From sequence record OR699282.2: DNA of 64,000 nt. One strand, given 5' to 3'. The translations under genes were made by a program, and so were the position numbers. The notes under the pieces were generated by a model that had not been told where the DNA came from, made no database searches, and saw only the letters and a program-made list of their open reading frames with translations. Shown piece by piece: positions 53,479 to 64,000 of the stretch (the stretch's first letter is position 1; each line of letters opens with the position of its first letter).

Positions 53479-54198
53479 ATGTACACACCACCAATTGTTA
53501 GCAGATATACATATGTTGGTTACAATAGAATTGAAGGCGGCCCAGAAGGTCGCCTTTATTCAACTCCAACAGGTAATCTGCCGTCAGTAACAACAATTCT
53601 AAGTGCGACCTCGAATGACGAAGGTTTAAAGAAATGGAGAGAATTTGTTGGTGAAGAAAAGGCTAATGAGATTACATTAGAAGCATGTACAGTTGGTACT
53701 TTTATGCATGAGAACTTGGAATTTAGATTGGAAGGAAAGCCAGACCATGAAGGCGGTATGCCAATTCGAGTTCTTGCACGTAGAATGGCTGACAAAATTC
53801 AGCAAGAAGCATGGCCTAGAATTAATGAAGTATGGGGACAGGAAGTCCCATTGTACTATGAAGGTTTATGGGCCGGAACAACTGATTTAGTAGGTGTTCA
53901 TGATGGAATCCCAACCATTATGGATTATAAAAATTCCCGTAAAGTTAAGAAGTGGGGACAAATCGAAAATTATCGTATGCAAATTGCAGCATATGCATTA
54001 GCCCATAATCAAATGTTTGGTACTAATATAGAACGTGGTGTGATTTTCATCTGTGTAAGAAAAGATCCTAACAATCTACAATATCAAGAGTTTGTCATAG
54101 AAGGTCAAGACTTCAAAGATGCAGTCAATATGTGGATTGAACGTGTAGAACAATACTATATTTTACGTGGAGAAATTGAATCAAATGGAGCAGCATAA
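53479..54198 (+). CDS. PD-(D/E)XK exonuclease
   Basis: LPSVTTIL, GT.MH, AGTTDL..IMDYK, QIAAYA. Confidence 0.85.
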   Translation: MYTPPIVSRYTYVGYNRIEGGPEGRLYSTPTGNLPSVTTILSATSNDEGLKKWREFVGEEKANEITLEACTVGTFMHENLEFRLEGKPDHEGGMPIRVLARRMADKIQQEAWPRINEVWGQEVPLYYEGLWAGTTDLVGVHDGIPTIMDYKNSRKVKKWGQIENYRMQIAAYALAHNQMFGTNIERGVIFICVRKDPNNLQYQEFVIEGQDFKDAVNMWIERVEQYYILRGEIESNGAA

Positions 54199-54202
54199 AA
54201 AA

Positions 54203-54739
54203 ATGAAACAAGATCTATATACAATTCGTGCACTAGTAAGTAAAGGTTATGATTTAGAAGAAGTAATTAAACTTAGTGAAGAAGAGATTGATAAACTTGA
54301 TTTATCAAATAAGCTAATTCTAAATATCAAAGATTATAAACAACGTGGTGCTAAACCTGTTGAAGAAATTAAAGAACAAATTGCACAAGATATTAGTGTT
54401 GATGAAGTATCACGCAATGTACCACCAGAAGTTATCCAAGAGTATGTTGTTGATAGTGAAGAACAAGTTAAAGTTTCTGAAGAAGTTGAAATTATTGCAG
54501 AAGAACTTGCTCCTGAATTGGAAGAAGATGAAGTTGTTATTGAGCGTGTTGTTTCATCTAAAGAAGATTTGGACATTATCAAAGAAGCATTACAGACTAA
54601 AGAATTTAAAAGTGTTTCCAACTATGTTAAACATTTAAAATCTTTAGTACCAGAACAAATTTTATCTTCTGTAGATAGCTCAGTTGTATCTCAACTAATT
54701 AATGAGCGTATTGCGGAAGTTAAAGAAAAAGCTAAATAA
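54203..54739 (+). CDS. Acidic hypothetical protein
   Basis: Long ORF; start uncertain (54167/54185/54203). Confidence 0.6.
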   Translation: MKQDLYTIRALVSKGYDLEEVIKLSEEEIDKLDLSNKLILNIKDYKQRGAKPVEEIKEQIAQDISVDEVSRNVPPEVIQEYVVDSEEQVKVSEEVEIIAEELAPELEEDEVVIERVVSSKEDLDIIKEALQTKEFKSVSNYVKHLKSLVPEQILSSVDSSVVSQLINERIAEVKEKAK

Positions 54740-54767
54740 TCCTATAATACTATAGGAGATAGTTTTT

Positions 54768-55349
54768 ATGGCACAACAACAAATTGCTTTACAACAAGTA
54801 AGAACTGGTAAACAGAGAGACTTACCTGATGCATTAGAAAAAGGTCAGATAGGATTCAGTACTGATGTGGGTCGTGTTTTTATTGGCCTTCCATCATCAT
54901 CTGACCCCGCCAGCTTAGTTGCAGGTAGAACTTGGACTACTGATCCAAATTCAGGTAAAGAAAACGTAGAAATAATTACAGAATTTTCACCGTGGAGAAC
55001 GGTATCAAAAATAATTAACAGACCGTTTAAAGTTGATCTTCCACAAAATCAAGAAAGTATAGAAGTTATTCTTGAAAGTGAAAGTAGAGTATTCATCGAT
55101 TATATTGCATATGATGATACAGAAACGGTTTTGGAATCAGGAACTATTCAAATTGTAGCTGCTGGTACAAACACGATGATTGCACAGTCAAATAATACAA
55201 ATAGAACTGACGCAATTATTTCTATCTCATTTGAAGATCCTGCATATGATTCAACAACTGGAAATATGCAATTTAACATAGTTAACTCGGATTATTTAAA
55301 TTCAGGATATCATATAGAATTTGTATATCGTGGGTGGGACAAACCTTAA
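54768..55349 (+). CDS. Probable virion protein with fibre-attachment-like N-terminus
   Basis: QVRTG...LP..L..GQIGFSTD.GRVFIG motif; CTAAATA at 54732-54738. Confidence 0.5.
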   Translation: MAQQQIALQQVRTGKQRDLPDALEKGQIGFSTDVGRVFIGLPSSSDPASLVAGRTWTTDPNSGKENVEIITEFSPWRTVSKIINRPFKVDLPQNQESIEVILESESRVFIDYIAYDDTETVLESGTIQIVAAGTNTMIAQSNNTNRTDAIISISFEDPAYDSTTGNMQFNIVNSDYLNSGYHIEFVYRGWDKP

Positions 55350-55370
55350 AAGGCGTCCCGCCTTTTTCTT
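55348..55370 (+). terminator. Intrinsic terminator
   Basis: AAAAGGCG/CGCCTTTT stem followed by T residues. Confidence 0.6.
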
Positions 55371-55412
55371 CCACTAAAAAAAGAAATTTACATCAAAAAA
55401 CAAGGATGACAC

Positions 55413-57731
55413 ATGATTAACGTAACCAAGCGTAATGGAATGAAAGAGCCGTTATCATTGGATAAGATCCATCAAATTTTATTTTTCGCTGCTGAAGGTT
55501 TAAGTGGTATTTCAGTTTCTGAAATTGAAATCCGAGCACAGCTTCAGTTTTATGAAGGTATTGAAACTAGTACTATTCATGATATTCTTATTAAAGCAGC
55601 AGCAGAACTTATTTCAGAAGATACACCTAATTACCAATATGTTGCTGGAAGACTATTAAACTATAGTATTCGTAAGCAAGTATATGGGCAGTATGACCCA
55701 ATTAAATATACTGCTCATCTTCAAGAAATGGTTGATACCAAAATATATGATCCTGAAATTCTTGAGAAATATACTCTTCAAGAAATAGAAGAGCTTGGAC
55801 GTTATATCAAACATAAACGTGACGATAAATTTACTTATGTTGCAATGCGTCAATGGGAAGGAAAATACCTTTACAAAAATCGCGTTACTAAGAAAATTTA
55901 TGAAACTCCACAAATGGCATATATGACTATTGCAGCAATCATCTTTATGGAGTATGATCGTTCTGTTCGTATGTCATATGTTAAAAAGTTTTATGATGCA
56001 GTAAGTAACTTTGACATTAGTCTTCCTACGCCTATTATGGCTGGTCTACGTACAAATACACGTCAGTTTAGCTCTTGTGTAGTACTAAACGTTGGTGACA
56101 GCTTGGATAGTATTGGTTCCTCTAACCACGCTATTCTACGTTATATTTCACGTAAAGCTGGTCTTGGTATTAATATGGGCCGCATTCGTGCTCTGGACTC
56201 CGAGATTCGTTCAGGTGATGCAGTACACACTGGGCTGATTCCGTTCATTGCAGCTACTGCTAAGACTGTTAAAAGCTGTTCACAAGGTGGTGTTCGTGGT
56301 GGTGCAGCAACTGTTCACTTCCCATTGTGGCATTTGGAATTTGATAACTTGGTAGTCCTTAAAAATAACAAAGGTACTGAGTTTAACCGTGTGCGTCAAC
56401 TGGACTATTGTTTCCAAGTAAACAAAACTTTGTATCAACGTTTGGTTGATGGAAAGAATATTACATTCTTTAGTCCTAATGAAGTCCCTGGGCTATATGA
56501 AGCATTCTGCTCTGATCAAAAAGAATTTGAAAAGTTATATAAAAAATACGAAGCTGACCAAAGCATCCGTAAAAAATCCGTACCTGCTGTTGAAGTATTC
56601 AGTACTTTAATGACTGAGCGTGCTGAAACTGGGCGTATCTATATTCAAAATATTGACCATGCAAACACTCATTCAACATTTATTGAATCTATTGCACCTA
56701 TTGAACAATCCAACTTGTGTCAAGAAATCGCACTACCATCTGTGCCATTTGATGACATTAATACTGGGGAAGGTTTGATTAGTTTATGTACATTGAGTGC
56801 AATCAACTGGGGTAACTTTGACCGTCCAGAAGATATGGAAACGGCATGTGATCTTTCTGTTCGTGCTCTTGATTCTCTATTAGACTATCAAGACTACCCA
56901 GTAGTTCATGCTGACCGTGCTACAAAAATGTATCGTCCACTAGGTGTTGGTATTATTAACTTTGCATACTTCCTTGCTAAACGTGGTTTACGTTATAATG
57001 AAGCAGCACTAGAAACAGTTAACGAGTGGGCCGAGGCATGGTCTTACTATCTAATTAAATCTTCTGTACAGCTTGCTAAAGAGAAAGGTAAGTGTGAAGG
57101 ATTTGATAATCTAAAATATGCCAAAGGTATCCTTCCAATCGATACTTATAAATCGGACATTGATGAATTAGTAACTAAAGAACTAAAACAAGATTGGGAA
57201 TCCTTACGTGCCGATATCAAAGAATATGGTATTCGTAACGCAACAACAATGGCATTAATGCCAGCAGAAACAAGTGCACAAATCAGTAACAGTACTAACG
57301 GTATTGAAAAGCCACGTTCTCTTGTAACGAAGAAACTATCTAAGGATGGTATTCTTAAACAAGTAGTTCCAGAAATCAATAAGTTGAAAAACAAATATGA
57401 TTTACTATGGGATCAGAAAGATAACATTGGTTATCTACAAATCTGTGGTGTTCTACAAAAATACATTGACCAAAGTATCAGTGTTAATACTAGTTATAAC
57501 CCAATACACTTCCCTGATGGTAAGTTGCCAATGTCAACTCTTCTAACTGAACTTATGTATGCATATAAAGTTGGTTTGAAAAATCTTTATTATCATAATA
57601 CAAATGATGGTTCAGATGAAGTAGACGTTGAAAAAGTACTGAAAGAAGCTGCCAAACCAGAATCTGGACAATTTGTATTACCATCACTTCCTGATTTGGA
57701 TGAAGGTGATTGTGATAGTTGTAAAATCTAA
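55413..57731 (+). CDS. nrdA: Ribonucleotide reductase class Ia alpha subunit
   Basis: ATP cone VTKRNG, PTP, QFSSC, GGVRGG, SNLCQE, TMALMP, LYY, C-terminal CDSC. Confidence 0.97.
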   Translation: MINVTKRNGMKEPLSLDKIHQILFFAAEGLSGISVSEIEIRAQLQFYEGIETSTIHDILIKAAAELISEDTPNYQYVAGRLLNYSIRKQVYGQYDPIKYTAHLQEMVDTKIYDPEILEKYTLQEIEELGRYIKHKRDDKFTYVAMRQWEGKYLYKNRVTKKIYETPQMAYMTIAAIIFMEYDRSVRMSYVKKFYDAVSNFDISLPTPIMAGLRTNTRQFSSCVVLNVGDSLDSIGSSNHAILRYISRKAGLGINMGRIRALDSEIRSGDAVHTGLIPFIAATAKTVKSCSQGGVRGGAATVHFPLWHLEFDNLVVLKNNKGTEFNRVRQLDYCFQVNKTLYQRLVDGKNITFFSPNEVPGLYEAFCSDQKEFEKLYKKYEADQSIRKKSVPAVEVFSTLMTERAETGRIYIQNIDHANTHSTFIESIAPIEQSNLCQEIALPSVPFDDINTGEGLISLCTLSAINWGNFDRPEDMETACDLSVRALDSLLDYQDYPVVHADRATKMYRPLGVGIINFAYFLAKRGLRYNEAALETVNEWAEAWSYYLIKSSVQLAKEKGKCEGFDNLKYAKGILPIDTYKSDIDELVTKELKQDWESLRADIKEYGIRNATTMALMPAETSAQISNSTNGIEKPRSLVTKKLSKDGILKQVVPEINKLKNKYDLLWDQKDNIGYLQICGVLQKYIDQSISVNTSYNPIHFPDGKLPMSTLLTELMYAYKVGLKNLYYHNTNDGSDEVDVEKVLKEAAKPESGQFVLPSLPDLDEGDCDSCKI

Positions 57732-57737
57732 TTTAAG

Positions 57738-57762
57738 ATCCCGCTTCGGCGGGATTATTATT
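57738..57762 (+). terminator. Hairpin with UUCG loop
   Basis: ATCCCGC-TTCG-GCGGGAT; weak T tail. Confidence 0.65.
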
Positions 57763-57785
57763 TCAAAATATATAAAGGAATATAT

Positions 57786-58910
57786 ATGTCAGTTTTCAAA
57801 ATTAACGAGAAGTCTCACCTAGAAAAAAATATGTTTTTTGATGAAAGTGTTGATATCCAACGCTTTGAAAGTAACAAATACTCTACACTTGAAAAACTAA
57901 CAGAGCAACAGAAAAGTTTCTTCTGGACTCCTGGTGAAGTTGACGTATCTAAAGATAAAATTGATTTTGCCAACCTTAATGATTCCGAGAAGCACATTTT
58001 TACCTCTAACTTGAAACGTCAAATTCTTCTTGATTCCGTACAAGGTCGTGGTCCAAACCTAATGTTACTTCCATATGCATCTCTACCTGAACTAGAGAAC
58101 TTTATAGAGACATGGGCATTCTTTGAAGGTGCGATTCATAGCAAATCATACACTCACATTATTCGTAACATTTATCCTAATCCATCTGAAGTATTTGATA
58201 CTATGTTGGACATTCCAGAAATCACAGATTGTGCGGCTGATGTTTCCAAATACTACGATGAACTTGATGTATTAGGAACTTTATACCGTGCATTGGGCGT
58301 TGGGACACATACAATCAATGGTGAAACAGTTGAAATTAGTTTGTACGAACTAAAGAAAAAACTTTGGTTGTGTCTGAATAGTATTAACATTCTTGAAGGT
58401 GTTCGTTTTTATGCAAGCTTTGCGTGTTCTTGGGCGTTTGCTGAAAACAATCTAATGGAAGGTAATGCTAAGATTATCCGTCTAATCTGTCGTGATGAAA
58501 ACCTACACCTAGCAGCAACCCAAATGATTCTACGTCTTCTGAAAAAAGAAGATCCAGATATGGTAAAAATAGCAGAAGAGTGTTATGATGAAGTACTGGA
58601 AATGTTTATGTCTGCTATCCGTCAAGAAGAAGCTTGGGCAGACTTCCTCTTTAAAGATGGTTCAATCATTGGGCTGAATGCAGAAATCCTAAAACAATAT
58701 GTTCGTTGGATTGGTTCTAAGCGTATGACTGCACTAGGAATTAAATGTCCATATACCGTATCTAAGAGTAACCCACTACCTTGGACTGAGCATTGGGTTA
58801 GTGGTGGTTCAGTACAAGTTGCACCACAAGAAACTGAAATAAGTTCTTATATCATTGGTGGTATTGTGAATGATATCCAAGTAGATACATTCACACCATT
58901 CAAACTATAA
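57786..58910 (+). CDS. nrdB: Ribonucleotide reductase class Ia beta subunit
   Basis: FFWTPGE, LLDSVQGR, IHSKSY, LEGVRFY, RDENLH, VAPQE.EI.SY. Confidence 0.97.
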   Translation: MSVFKINEKSHLEKNMFFDESVDIQRFESNKYSTLEKLTEQQKSFFWTPGEVDVSKDKIDFANLNDSEKHIFTSNLKRQILLDSVQGRGPNLMLLPYASLPELENFIETWAFFEGAIHSKSYTHIIRNIYPNPSEVFDTMLDIPEITDCAADVSKYYDELDVLGTLYRALGVGTHTINGETVEISLYELKKKLWLCLNSINILEGVRFYASFACSWAFAENNLMEGNAKIIRLICRDENLHLAATQMILRLLKKEDPDMVKIAEECYDEVLEMFMSAIRQEEAWADFLFKDGSIIGLNAEILKQYVRWIGSKRMTALGIKCPYTVSKSNPLPWTEHWVSGGSVQVAPQETEISSYIIGGIVNDIQVDTFTPFKL

Positions 58911-58922
58911 ATTCAAACTAAC

Positions 58923-58946
58923 AGGGATTCTATGAATCCCTTTTCT
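58923..58946 (+). terminator. Intrinsic terminator
   Basis: AGGGATTC-TAT-GAATCCCT then TTT. Confidence 0.7.
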
Positions 58947-58960
58947 TATGGGTATAATAT

Positions 58961-60561
<1,601 letters not shown>

Positions 60562-60562
60562 T

Positions 60563-60594
60563 AAAAAAAGGAGCAACATTTTGTTGCTCCTTTT
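60563..60594. terminator. Bidirectional intrinsic terminator
   Basis: AAAAGGAGCAACA-TTT-TGTTGCTCCTTTT between convergent genes. Confidence 0.85.
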
Positions 60595-60597
60595 ATT

Positions 60598-62000
<1,403 letters not shown>

Positions 62001-62085
62001 TGTTAATCTCCAATCTTATTGTTATTTTTATAAAGTATTTACCCAATTTTACGTTTTACATAGTTTATATGGAGAAAGAAGTAAT

Positions 62086-63388
<1,303 letters not shown>

Positions 63389-63415
63389 CTTGAAATGTAA
63401 AAATCAGTCGAGGGA

Positions 63416-64000
63416 ATGATGAGTAAAATTAAGCTTACGGATAAGCAACAAGAAATCTTTGATGATTTTATAGATCGTGTTTACAATTATGCAGGTAAGA
63501 CCATTTCGGTTTTGTCTGCCCCAGCAGGAACTGGAAAAACATTCACTACTGCTGAGATTGTAAAAGCACTATGTAAAAACTATAATATTGCAGTAACTTC
63601 ACCTACACATAAAGCCAATGCTGTTATTCGTAATATGCTAATCAATAATGCTGGTCTTACTAAGGAAGATGCACAAGTTAGTACTATACACTCTTTTTTA
63701 GGATTAAAATTAGTATATGAAAAGAATCGTCAAGTACTGAAGCATGATCCACAAAGTAAAGTTAGTAATACTAACGTTGACATTCTTATTGTTGATGAGT
63801 GTAGTATGATTTCAGATGAACTATTCCAGCACATACAAGACCAATTGTGGCGTGTCCGTCGAGCAGTTTTATTCATTGGTGATCGTTGTCAATTGCCTCC
63901 AGTTGAGTCAGAAGGAACAATGGGCGAGACTAAATTGTCTCCTACGTTTGATGTACCTGTTCAATATGAGTTAACTGAGGTTTTACGACAAGCATTAGAT
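63416..64000 (+). CDS. dda: Dda-like SF1B helicase, runs off the window
   Basis: Manual translation: APAGTGKT, SPTHKA, TIHSFL, VDECSM, IGDRCQLPPV, LTEVLRQ. Confidence 0.85.
   Translation, partial: MMSKIKLTDKQQEIFDDFIDRVYNYAGKTISVLSAPAGTGKTFTTAEIVKALCKNYNIAVTSPTHKANAVIRNMLINNAGLTKEDAQVSTIHSFLGLKLVYEKNRQVLKHDPQSKVSNTNVDILIVDECSMISDELFQHIQDQLWRVRRAVLFIGDRCQLPPVESEGTMGETKLSPTFDVPVQYELTEVLRQALD

Noticed and set aside
55413-58910. Introns or inteins in nrdA/nrdB (also terminase and helicase), common insertion sites in T4-like phages
   Set aside because: All are continuous ORFs of normal length with motifs in expected spacing.

Overview
This 64 kb window is the core region of an AT-rich, T4-related jumbo myovirus. 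Gene order and protein styles resemble the RaK2/GAP32/PBECO4-type enterobacterial jumbo phages; this is from recall and was not checked by database search. It carries baseplate and tail genes, a gp55-like late sigma factor, gp47/gp46, endonuclease VII, the head module (portal, protease, scaffold, major capsid), a free-standing zinc-finger/GIY-YIG-like endonuclease and a tail fibre with its chaperone. It also carries a family B DNA polymerase, a probable clamp, GroES, terminase, gp32/UvsX/UvsY/UvsW, primase, helicase, NrdA/NrdB, holin-like genes, DHFR, RNase HI and the start of a Dda-like helicase. No tRNA, CRISPR array, intron or intein was seen. The top candidate is an ORF-free, promoter-driven, densely base-paired 450-480 nt non-coding RNA at about 9862-10345, followed by a G6 run and an AT-rich repeat element. 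Other candidates: an unannotated 55-aa Hfq/Sm-like ORF (58961-59128); a catalytically dead terminase-ATPase paralogue in the gp16 position; a 212-aa minimal family C polymerase core; two tandem T4-T-like holins, one split by a +1 frameshift; 11 copies of a promoter with a non-canonical -35 at an exact 16-nt spacing; and a strong excess of the palindrome AGTACT. All protein calls rest on recalled motifs and synteny, not on searches.
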